From: an uncultured Candidatus Saccharibacteria bacterium | Lineage (GTDB): Bacteria; Patescibacteriota; Minisyncoccia; Phycocordibacterales; CAYGHQ01 | Reading direction: 5' to 3' | DNA: 54,249 bases | NCBI GenBank assembly: GCA_964349845.1 | Contig: CAYGHQ010000001.1 | Coordinates: forward strand, 1-54,249 | Shown here: positions 17,131 to 25,240 of the stretch, one piece after another | Position numbering within the stretch: position 1 is the stretch's first letter | Layout of the letters: every line of letters begins with the position of its first letter | Notes under the pieces: generated by a model | Told to the model about the DNA's origin: nothing | Seen by the model: the letters and a program-made list of their open reading frames with translations, nothing else | The model's database searches: none | Position numbers and translations under genes: made by a program

Positions 17131-17709
17131 TCAAACGATTGGTTTTCCTTCATATTCCAATTCCCACCCCTTAAGATACGGAAGAGCTAAAAGCGTCATC
17201 ACCAAAGTTTTGCTGTCAACAGAAACTCTATTATTCTTTCCAAAAATCGTCCGGCACCACTTTTGCCAAGAAAACAACTTCACTTGGATTATTTCGGTCT
17301 TATCCAATAACGGCTTTCTAACCTTTCCGCACCCTAAAGCGAGAAAGCATACAAACTGAAACCTAAAAGCAGCCGGCTCAAAAATAAAATCGGGAAGTCT
17401 AATCATTTTTAGAGGAAAATACCCGGTCTCCTCTAAAAGTTCTTCAATTGCCGCTTCTTTGAAGTTTTGGCCAGACTTATTCCCTCCCCCGGGAAATTCA
17501 AAAACAAAATCATTTATCCCGTAGCGAAATTGCCTTAACACTATTATTTTCCCCTCCGAGGTAATTGGAAAAATAATAACCGAACTTTTGGATTCAATAA
17601 CAAAAAACTCGTCTTTAACTCCGTTAGGCAAGATAAAGTCCTGAAGAAACACTTTTCGCCCGTAAGCTTCAAATTTTACTCTCTTTTCTCCCGCAATCGG
17701 TCTTTTCAC
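17131..17709 (-). CDS. NUDIX hydrolase
   Basis: 192 aa. It has a Nudix-box-like GGGNKSGQNFKEAAIEELLEETGY. Confidence 0.65.
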   Translation of the reverse strand: MKRPIAGEKRVKFEAYGRKVFLQDFILPNGVKDEFFVIESKSSVIIFPITSEGKIIVLRQFRYGINDFVFEFPGGGNKSGQNFKEAAIEELLEETGYFPLKMIRLPDFIFEPAAFRFQFVCFLALGCGKVRKPLLDKTEIIQVKLFSWQKWCRTIFGKNNRVSVDSKTLVMTLLALPYLKGWELEYEGKPIV

Positions 17710-17750
17710 AAAGAACTCCTTTTGTTGATTATTACATCCGCAAATTGCTA

Positions 17751-17780
17751 CACACTAGAACACACTAGAACACACTAGAA
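17751..17780. repeat. Three exact tandem copies of CACACTAGAA
   Basis: Read directly: a 10-nt unit repeated 3 times, in the divergent intergenic region between the Nudix gene and the radical SAM gene. Confidence 0.95.
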
Positions 17781-17891
17781 TAACCTTAAACTATAAAAAA
17801 AATTTGTCAACCATAAACCATTTACATCTTCCGCCCGATAGCATATAGTATGAAAAGAAAATTTGAACCTTAACAAAGAAATGGAGAATGT

Positions 17892-19694
17892 ATGAATGAT
17901 GTTTTAGAAGCCCCGAAAGCAAGCGCTGTTATTTTAGGAAAAATTTCCGGAATAATAAAGGAAATTTTTCCGGAAAAATGCCAAAAAATTCTTCTGGTGA
18001 ATATCCCGGGAGTAAGCAAGGAAGATTTTGATTTGGCCACAGCCAAGCTCAAAAGATATCCCTGCTTCCCTCCTTACGGGATCGGCATTCTTTCACGGAA
18101 ACTGCAAGAGGCCGGTTACGAAGCAAAAATCATTGACCTAAACTTTGAAATTCTCTCCCGCGTTTCGGAAGATAATTTCAACTACGATCTTTGGAAAGAA
18201 AAACTAAAAGAAGCGGTCGGATCTTTTTGTCCCGACATTATCGGAATAAGCTCAATGTTTTCCGCCAATCATTTGTCCCTCAAAGCGGTTGCTAATTACA
18301 TAGGAAGAACTTTCCCGAATATCCCTATTGTGGCCGGAGGAGTCCATCCCTCCGGAAACACCCGCCAAGTTTTGGAGGATATACTTAATATTGACATCGT
18401 GATCCTTTACGAGGCCGACCGAGCGTTTGTAAATCTTATTGATTTCGCGAACGGCAAAGCGGAAGAAAACGCGCTGTCTCAAATCGCCCTCCTTTGGGAT
18501 GGAGAATATCTCTGTTTGGAAAACAGAAACGCGCCCGATAGAGATGAAGTCGGCAGTCCGCCGGATTACGACGGCCTGCCTATCGGCGAATACAGCGACT
18601 TCGGAGAAATCGGAGTCTATCGCTGGCTCAAAGATTATCCAAAAGGAACATCTATTATTGCCCATAGAGGATGCCGGGGAAATTGCACTTACTGCGCTGT
18701 CCGGAGCTTCAATGGGGTAGGCGTTCGGAGCCGTAAAACTTCCGCAGTAGCAGATGAGATGGAGTTTATGGCGGAAAAACACGGCATCAGGCACTTTATG
18801 TGGCTTGATGATGATCTTTTCCGGCCGGACGCCATTGAATTATTTGGCGAAATTGCCCGAAGAAATTTGGGAATTACCTGGGACGCTTCAAACGCCGTCA
18901 TCGCCTCGGCCACCACGGAAGAAATCGTGGAAAGCGCGCAAAAGTCGGGATGCATCGGACTTTCTTTCGGAATAGAATCCGGCGATCCGGATATTCTTAA
19001 AATGGTCAGGAAGCCGAGCGGAATAAAACACTTCCAAAAAACCGGCGCGATAATGAAAAAATATCCGCGGATTTTCACCAAAGGATTCCTTATGATCGGC
19101 TTTCAAGGAGAGACTATCGGCCAGATTTGGAACACTATCAATCTGGCGAAAGAAATCGGACTTGACTGGTACCCGATCCAAACTGCTGTTCCTCTCGGAG
19201 GAACGGACATGGCCAAGAGAATGCTTGAAGGGGGACTTCTCGGCCAAAGGGAAATTCTTATGTCCAAACTCTATATCGGGCCGGCTGGCGGACAAAAAAG
19301 GAAAGAGTCGGATGAAACCAAATCGAGCAGTTTCAATCTCTCTATCCTCAATCCGGACAATAAAAACAAAATCCCTTTGCGGGAAGAGTTGTCCGACATC
19401 TGGTTCGTAATGGATTATCTCTTAAACTACGACCGGCTCAAAGGAGAAACCAGAATGGTTAAACTCCAAATGCATCGCCTCCATCTAAGGCATATTCTCA
19501 ACCGATCGCCTAAACGCATAGCTATGGCAAGCCTCTATCTTGGCATAGTAAACAAGAAATTAGGCAACCACAAAGAAGCGCGGGAAAACTTTAAGGATAC
19601 CGAAAGATACCTTGAAGAATCCGCTTTCTGGAAAGTGCGTTTTGAAGCGCTCGGACTAAACCCCATTCTCCAAGATTCTTTAAAATCTTGTTAG
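17892..19694 (+). CDS. Cobalamin-binding-domain radical SAM protein (class B type) with a helical C-terminal extension
   Basis: 600 aa. The N-terminal B12-like Rossmann region is followed by CRGNCTYCAV (CX3CX2C). GGAGA lies upstream of the ATG. Confidence 0.75.
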   Translation: MNDVLEAPKASAVILGKISGIIKEIFPEKCQKILLVNIPGVSKEDFDLATAKLKRYPCFPPYGIGILSRKLQEAGYEAKIIDLNFEILSRVSEDNFNYDLWKEKLKEAVGSFCPDIIGISSMFSANHLSLKAVANYIGRTFPNIPIVAGGVHPSGNTRQVLEDILNIDIVILYEADRAFVNLIDFANGKAEENALSQIALLWDGEYLCLENRNAPDRDEVGSPPDYDGLPIGEYSDFGEIGVYRWLKDYPKGTSIIAHRGCRGNCTYCAVRSFNGVGVRSRKTSAVADEMEFMAEKHGIRHFMWLDDDLFRPDAIELFGEIARRNLGITWDASNAVIASATTEEIVESAQKSGCIGLSFGIESGDPDILKMVRKPSGIKHFQKTGAIMKKYPRIFTKGFLMIGFQGETIGQIWNTINLAKEIGLDWYPIQTAVPLGGTDMAKRMLEGGLLGQREILMSKLYIGPAGGQKRKESDETKSSSFNLSILNPDNKNKIPLREELSDIWFVMDYLLNYDRLKGETRMVKLQMHRLHLRHILNRSPKRIAMASLYLGIVNKKLGNHKEARENFKDTERYLEESAFWKVRFEALGLNPILQDSLKSC

Positions 19695-19732
19695 GTTATC
19701 AGTTCTTAAACACAAGCCCCGCCGACTTGATC

Positions 19733-19940
19733 TGTACCCCATAAAGTGGACATCTAATAAATGCCCACTTTTTCTTTTGTTAAGATTAATAGTAATTAAA
19801 CAAATACCATGAGAAATCACATATTTAGCGGGGATGAGATCGAAAAGTTAAAGAAGAGTCCGTTTGTTCGAAAGTTTACCAACAAATCAATCACATACAC
19901 TCCCGAGTTCAAAAAACTGGCGATTAAACAGCACAACCAA
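19733..19940 (+). pseudogene. Remnant of an IS3-family element: terminal inverted repeat plus the first ~44 codons of orfA
   Basis: The TG-initiated end TGTACCCCATAAAGTGGACA resembles IS3-family IRs. The ORF from 19809 (MRNHIFSGDEIEKLKKSPFVRKFTNKSITYTPEFKKLAIKQHN) resembles the N-terminus of IS3/IS150-type HTH orfA proteins. It then runs into the REP array. Confidence 0.45.
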
Positions 19941-20099
19941 TGCGGAAATGGCGGAAATGGGGACAGCCAGAAATGGGGACCCAGAAATGCCCAGAAATGG
20001 AAATGGTGGAAATGGGGACAGCCACCATTTTTTACCTTTTCGTGTGTGGTGGAAATGGTGGAAATGGGGACAGCCACCATTTTTTACCTTTTCGTGTGT
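19939..20099. repeat. REP-like hairpin array (left flank of the RAYT gene)
   Basis: Two exact 45-nt copies of ATGGTGGAAATGGGGACAGCCACCATTTTTTACCTTTTCGTGTGT lie at 20003..20047 and 20055..20099. Each contains the hairpin AAATGGTGG(12 nt)CCACCATTT. Degenerate GAAATGGGGAC units precede them. Confidence 0.85.
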
Positions 20100-20108
20100 C
20101 ATAATAAT

Positions 20109-20780
20109 TTATAGTTTTTTAGGTCGGCCGGGAAAACGCAAGGTTGATTCAAGGTGATAGGCTGTCACCATTTGATTAACCCATTTTTCTCCCCCGTATG
20201 GTATTCCTTTTGTGACCGAAGCGCGAATAAATTCAAGATCTTCAGGGTTATCCGGTGTATTGACCCATTTAATATAATTGCCAGGAAAAGGTGTTAGGGA
20301 AGGATCAAGCAGTTTCCTTTCTTCTTTTGTCCCATTGATTCTTCGCCAAGCGCTTCCCCACTGCCAGCTTTCGCATTTGTCTGTTATTTTTGCTCTGACA
20401 GGATTGCGTTCCACATACTTTATCAAAGAAAGCAAATAACTATCGGTTTCAACCAAAAAAGACTTGTATCTGCCCTGATAAAGATGACCTGTGCCATTTG
20501 TGTTTGTTAAAGCATGCACTTTGCGAGTGTGGGAGTTAGACAAGCGGTGCATAAAAGTTCCAAGATCTCCGTCTTGTTTCGGATACAAAACAAGGTGCCA
20601 ATGATTTGGCATAATCACATAAGCAAGTATTCTCATATCAACCAATTCTTTAGTTTCAAGCAAAAGTGTTTCAATAATCCGATAGTCCTTCTCAGTATTA
20701 AAAATCTTATACCGCCCATTGGCGCGATTAATGACGTGATAAACCTTATCTCCAATATCAACTCTTGTGTTACGAGGCAT
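20109..20780 (-). CDS. REP-associated tyrosine transposase-like (IS200/IS605-type Y1 HUH transposase, COG1943)
   Basis: 223 aa. The HUH motif is present as NHWHLVL, and GHLYQGRYKSFLVETDSYLLSLIKYVERNPVRA contains the catalytic Tyr region. The gene is flanked by inverted copies of the GGGGACAGCCACC hairpin. Confidence 0.8.
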   Translation of the reverse strand: MPRNTRVDIGDKVYHVINRANGRYKIFNTEKDYRIIETLLLETKELVDMRILAYVIMPNHWHLVLYPKQDGDLGTFMHRLSNSHTRKVHALTNTNGTGHLYQGRYKSFLVETDSYLLSLIKYVERNPVRAKITDKCESWQWGSAWRRINGTKEERKLLDPSLTPFPGNYIKWVNTPDNPEDLEFIRASVTKGIPYGGEKWVNQMVTAYHLESTLRFPGRPKKL

Positions 20781-20954
20781 AGTTAAAATATTATATCATA
20801 CTTTTTGTTAAACAATGGTGGCTGTCCCCATTTGTCCACCATTAATGACGTGATAGACCTTATCTCCAATATCAACTCTTGCGTTACGAGGCATGGTGAA
20901 AATATTATATCATACTTTTTGTTAAACAATGGTGGCTGTCCCCATTTGTCTCCC
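20727..20954. repeat. 114-bp tandem duplication covering the RAYT 5' end, its upstream region and a REP
   Basis: 20727..20840 and 20841..20954 align with only a few substitutions. Each copy contains AATGGTGGCTGTCCCCATTT, the reverse complement of the left-flank REP core. Confidence 0.9.
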
Positions 20955-20962
20955 CATTTGTC

Positions 20963-21331
20963 TTGGTTGGAGTAAGTAGCCTTGATTTCCGAAAGAAGGT
21001 AAGGATATTTTTCATGGGGGGCATTTGGAATACTTAAGCGGGGCTTGGGATAAACGGCTTCGAGACCCATCTTCCGCATTAGTCTTCGGATATGGTGGCG
21101 GCCAATGGAGATTCCTCTACTCTCTAGTTCCGGTTTCATTCTTCTTGATCCGTAGAAAGGGTAAGCGGTGTAAACTTCGTCAATGGCGTTCATGGCTCTA
21201 ATGTCTTCCGGGGAAATGATCGGTTTGTAGTAAAAACTCTCGCGGGAGACGCCTAAAAGGGCGCTTTGGCGGGAGAGGGATATTTCTTTATGGGAAGGAA
21301 CGATCAATGATCTTTTTTCCTCATGATTCAA
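20963..21331 (-). pseudogene. IS3-family orfB fragment (HTH_21 region only, no rve/DDE domain)
   Basis: Only about 123 transposase-like residues remain. The rest of the track ORF (DKWGDKWGQPPLFNKKYDIIF...) is a translated REP/duplication sequence. Confidence 0.75.
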
Positions 21332-21657
21332 CTTGCAATTTTTTTTTGAGCCACTCGAGTTCTATCTCGCGTTTGCCAATCGTCCTGTATAACCTTTCAA
21401 TGAGATCGTCCCTGTCCCGATTCTCCTTTTTTCTCTTATCGGTAAAAAGAGAGCCGGCTCCTTCTTCCACGGTCTTTCTCCATTGCCCGACTACGTTCGG
21501 GTGGACTTCGTTTAGAGAACCAATTTCGTTTAAAGTTTTCTCTCCTTTGAGAGCCAGAAGAGCGATTCTTCCTTTTTGCTCGGGGGTGAATATTTTTTTC
21601 ATAGATTTGCGGTTAAGTCAAAATTATACCTCAAAATCCACTAAATATACCTGTGCA
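20963..21657 (-). mobile_element. Truncated IS3-family insertion sequence: IR, orfA and the N-terminal third of orfB; the integrase core is missing
   Basis: orfA at 21321..21602 (MKKIFTPEQKGRIALLALKGEKTLNEIG..., HTH_Tnp_1-like). orfB' runs from about 21331 (LSRQSALLGVSRESFYYKP...YGSRRMKPELESRGISIGRHHIRRLMRKMGL...YPYLL) and stops being transposase-like after SNQ near 20963. The TG-initiated end is TGCACAGGTATATTTAGTGGA (21657 downward). Confidence 0.75.
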
Positions 21658-22765
21658 GATTTATGGGACCAGTATAGGCTGTAATTTTCTTCTCGATTTT
21701 AGACAAAAGATCGTAAAGGTAAATATCCCAATCTTCCCCGCTTTTTCCTTCTCCGTAAATTAATTTGCCGTCTTCCGAAACCGCCGGATTGGTTTGATTG
21801 CCTCCATGACTTGGAATAGAAAGAGGAGTTTTAGTTTTAATGTTATATGCGTAAGCTTTCCAAACCCCTTCTTTGACGCTCATCCAAGAGAGATAATCCC
21901 CAGCCATATTTAACCCGGAAATATCTTTTCCTTCCGCTATCTTCTCTTTGGTTTTGCCAAGAAGATCGTAGATAAATAGAGTCCGATTGTTTCGGCTTAA
22001 AACCTCCACATAAGCCACTTTATCGCCAAAAATAACGGGCTCCGATTGAGATTTTGAGCTCAAAGAAAGAGGGCTTTCTTTACCGGTAGAAAGATTGAAA
22101 AGATAAACCAGTACCGAATCTTTTCCAGGATTTTCCGGATTAGCGCTCCGATTAAGATAAACTATTTTATTTCCGTAAATTGAAGGGCGAAATTCATCTC
22201 CACTGCCCGATGTCAATTGACGCTCTTTTTTGGCAGTTAGATCATAAAGATAAATATCGTAATTTCCATTCCTCTTGTCTTGCCAGACAATTTTATCTTC
22301 GGAAACTTTAGGATAGCTTCGACTGGCCAGAACAGAAGTTATTCGGACTTCGCCTTCCGGAGAAGACCCCGTGGGAGGCTCTATTTTAGAAAGATAATTT
22401 CCGACCACCCATCCGCTTTGTCCTCCATCATAATCAATCTTAAACCAAGTCAAACCATCTGACCGAACAGGGCCTTCCTCCACAAACCCCTGAGAGCCGG
22501 ATTTTTCTATGCTTAAAGGAGCTTTTAGAAAATTAGAAAATTCATAGAGCTTAATTTTATCCAAAGCAAAAACTCTTCCCCCCAAAAGGAAGTCTAAATA
22601 AAAAGGAGTGGATGTGGCTCCCTCTCCCAAACCTCTCATAAGAGAAGTGGGGGTGGAGGTAGAAGAATTCGTCTCCGCATTTCCGTAATCACTAGGAAAG
22701 AAACCGAGACCGATAAGGAGGATAAAACACAAAAACGCGACAAAAATAGAACGTTTGCCAGACAT
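21641..22765 (-). CDS. Secreted protein with an SH3b-like segment and TolB/PD40-like beta-propeller repeats
   Basis: 374 aa. It has an N-terminal signal/anchor (IFVAFLCFILLIGLGFF). The GWVVGNYL segment is SH3b-like. Repeated blades contain (D/N)GNYDIYLYDL and DWDIYLYDL. The last ~9 codons lie inside the IS3 terminal repeat. Confidence 0.5.
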   Translation of the reverse strand: MSGKRSIFVAFLCFILLIGLGFFPSDYGNAETNSSTSTPTSLMRGLGEGATSTPFYLDFLLGGRVFALDKIKLYEFSNFLKAPLSIEKSGSQGFVEEGPVRSDGLTWFKIDYDGGQSGWVVGNYLSKIEPPTGSSPEGEVRITSVLASRSYPKVSEDKIVWQDKRNGNYDIYLYDLTAKKERQLTSGSGDEFRPSIYGNKIVYLNRSANPENPGKDSVLVYLFNLSTGKESPLSLSSKSQSEPVIFGDKVAYVEVLSRNNRTLFIYDLLGKTKEKIAEGKDISGLNMAGDYLSWMSVKEGVWKAYAYNIKTKTPLSIPSHGGNQTNPAVSEDGKLIYGEGKSGEDWDIYLYDLLSKIEKKITAYTGPINLHRYI

Positions 22766-22901
22766 GTGCTAATTATTATACGACAAAATAAATGGGTTAG
22801 CTCAAATAAAGGTGGATAACTGAATTTTGTTTTACTTCAACAATAAAAAGTGATAAATTAAAGGCCTAATTTAAAAATTTAAAAATTAACTTGCCACGAA
22901 A

Positions 22902-23825
22902 ATGAATGAAATAACAGTCAAGCCGGAGGATATCGCCAAGATTTTCAAGGACGACCTGAGCGATTACGTGAAAAAGAAAATTTTGGAGTACAAACCGGTT
23001 TACTCCCCTCTTTCCAAAGAAGAGGAGGAGGAAGCGATTATAAAAATAATAAGCACTCTTCTTGATCCGTTTTTGGTTTACTCCGGCCCGCACAGATTGA
23101 AACAATGGGAAAAAGGCTGGGGAGAAAATCTGGGAGAATTGTCAAAAAAGAAAACGGCAGATGCCGTCCTTCCCCGCTATTTCGGAAAATACAAAATCAA
23201 CCGCCTCAACCAATCTTTCATCAAAGCTGTTTCCCCCAACTTTGAAAGAGATATGTTTTATATCGCTATTGATTACATTTTTGACAAATATTTGAGAAAG
23301 GCGGAAAATATCTATGATTTCGGATGCGGGACCGGACAAGTTCTCCTTAAAGCGCGGGAAGTCAATCCAACCGCCAATCTCTTCGGGCTTGATTGGGCCA
23401 AAGCCTCGCAGAAAATAATCAAGAAAATGTCCGACGTGGGTCTGGTTAAAAATATCACGGGATATAATTTTGACATTTTCAATCCGGACAAGAAAATAAA
23501 AATTGCCGGCAATTCTCTCGTCTATACTTTGGGATCGCTGGAACAAGTGGGTTCCGACTACAAAAAGTTTGTTTCCTACCTGCTTAAAAACAAGCCCGTC
23601 TTCTGCATAAACATTGAGCCGATGGCCGAGTTTCTGGATGAAACCAAATTGATTGACTATTTGGCTATTAAATACTTCCGCAAGAGAAATTACTTAGACG
23701 ACTATCTTGATTACTTGAAGAAATTGGAGAAAGAAGGAAAAATCAAAATCCACGAAACTAAAAGAACGACTATCGGCAGTCTTTATGCCGAGTGTTATTC
23801 GTACGTGGTTTGGTCTCCGCTCTAA
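22902..23825 (+). CDS. Class I SAM-dependent methyltransferase
   Basis: 307 aa with motif I IYDFGCGTGQVLL. Confidence 0.65.
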   Translation: MNEITVKPEDIAKIFKDDLSDYVKKKILEYKPVYSPLSKEEEEEAIIKIISTLLDPFLVYSGPHRLKQWEKGWGENLGELSKKKTADAVLPRYFGKYKINRLNQSFIKAVSPNFERDMFYIAIDYIFDKYLRKAENIYDFGCGTGQVLLKAREVNPTANLFGLDWAKASQKIIKKMSDVGLVKNITGYNFDIFNPDKKIKIAGNSLVYTLGSLEQVGSDYKKFVSYLLKNKPVFCINIEPMAEFLDETKLIDYLAIKYFRKRNYLDDYLDYLKKLEKEGKIKIHETKRTTIGSLYAECYSYVVWSPL

Positions 23826-23827
23826 AA

Positions 23828-25237
23828 ATGAAAAAATTTGCGACAAATTTTGATGAGTTCCAAAAACAATTCCTGATTTACAAAAAAGATGTTTCGGAAT
23901 TCGCAAAGAATAACCCCGCGGAAAACCGTCTGGACTATTTTCGCGCGGTTTCTTTTAACAATTTCATTAAAAACTCCAAAAGAATTTCGCGGGAAGAAAG
24001 GAAAATAGCCAAAAGACTTTTGGAAAGATTTCCCAAAATGGGCAGTTTCAGTTCCGATCGGGATGACAATATAAGATACGAGCCGATTTTAAACCGCAAT
24101 CTTTTAAAAATAAATTTTGATTATTTGGAAAGGCTGGCAAAAATACTCCATAATAGCGAAAATGAAAGCCCCGCGGAAAATGAGCTCCAAAAACTCGCGG
24201 AAGAAGAGCTTGCCATTCTCCAAAACAGGATAAAAAAAATTGATGAGGATCTTTCCAATGTCCCCGAAATCCTCTCCAAAAATTTAAAGCCCCTTGTCAA
24301 AAAAAATATTTCCAAAAAACCGCGGTTATCTGTCATCACCGCCTCCTACAATCTTGCTCCCCTCGTAGAAGAAACGATGCGGTCCATAACCAACCAAGAT
24401 TCGGAAGAATTTGAGCATATCGTCATAGACGGCGCCTCCAAAGACGGATCCTTAGAGCTTTTGAAAAAATATCCGAATATAATTTTAGTTTCCGAAAAAG
24501 ACAAAGGGTATCCGGACGCTTTTTTCAAGGGAATCCAGAAAGCCCGTGGAGATTATATTCTCCAGTGTTGCGTCTCCGACGGATACGCGAGAGTAGAATG
24601 GCTTAGGCGGTGCCTTGAGGAATTGGATAAAAATAAGGATGTTTCCCTCGTCTGGGGGCTTCCTGGACGCCTTTCGGAAGACAGCAAATTTACCGGAATT
24701 TCCAGGGCGGAATTTCATTACAGCGAAGCTCCCCAAAAAGAGAAGATGTTCAATTATTGCATGAAAGAATTTTTCTTTTACACCGAAGGAAATCTCTGCG
24801 TCAGCCGAAAAGCCCTTTTAAAATGTTTCCCCACGGCGGAAGAATGCAATAAAAAAACTTTTGACTTTTGGATAGAATTCAGCCACAGATTTAACAGCCT
24901 TGGATATCTTTCTCTCCACATTCCCATGCTGGCTAATTTTGGAAGGATACACGGCAATCAGATAGGACAAAAATGGATAGGGAGCGGAATAAATGAGAGA
25001 AACATAAAAGACTATAAAAGAAAAGTGGCGAGATATAAATGGAGGCTTGTGTTAGGATTGGCCAAACACACATTCATTGATAAAGACGGCAACAAGCTCC
25101 CCATAGAATGGAAAAGGGCGGAATTTATAAAAGAATATCTGGGATGGAAAATGAGCTTTGTCTTTTGGAAAATAAAGCATTATCTTAAGCCGAGAACGTA
25201 CACAGAATTTATCAAAAGAAAATTACGCAGAAATTAA
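23828..25237 (+). CDS. Glycosyltransferase family 2 with a ~170-aa N-terminal coiled/helical extension
   Basis: I chose the ATG at 23828, 2 nt after the preceding stop. The GT2 core is LSVITASYNLAPLVEETMRSITNQDSEEFEHIVIDGASKDGS. Confidence 0.7.
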   Translation: MKKFATNFDEFQKQFLIYKKDVSEFAKNNPAENRLDYFRAVSFNNFIKNSKRISREERKIAKRLLERFPKMGSFSSDRDDNIRYEPILNRNLLKINFDYLERLAKILHNSENESPAENELQKLAEEELAILQNRIKKIDEDLSNVPEILSKNLKPLVKKNISKKPRLSVITASYNLAPLVEETMRSITNQDSEEFEHIVIDGASKDGSLELLKKYPNIILVSEKDKGYPDAFFKGIQKARGDYILQCCVSDGYARVEWLRRCLEELDKNKDVSLVWGLPGRLSEDSKFTGISRAEFHYSEAPQKEKMFNYCMKEFFFYTEGNLCVSRKALLKCFPTAEECNKKTFDFWIEFSHRFNSLGYLSLHIPMLANFGRIHGNQIGQKWIGSGINERNIKDYKRKVARYKWRLVLGLAKHTFIDKDGNKLPIEWKRAEFIKEYLGWKMSFVFWKIKHYLKPRTYTEFIKRKLRRN

Positions 25238-25240
25238 AAA

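Noticed and set aside
19809-20157. Track ORFs rich in W/G/K/N (19809..20114, 19864..20157, 19817..20080, 19887..20102) that look like repeat proteins.
   Set aside because: They are six-frame translations of the REP hairpin array (GAAATGGGGACAGCCACC units). Only the first ~44 codons of 19809..20114 look like a real (IS3 orfA) remnant.
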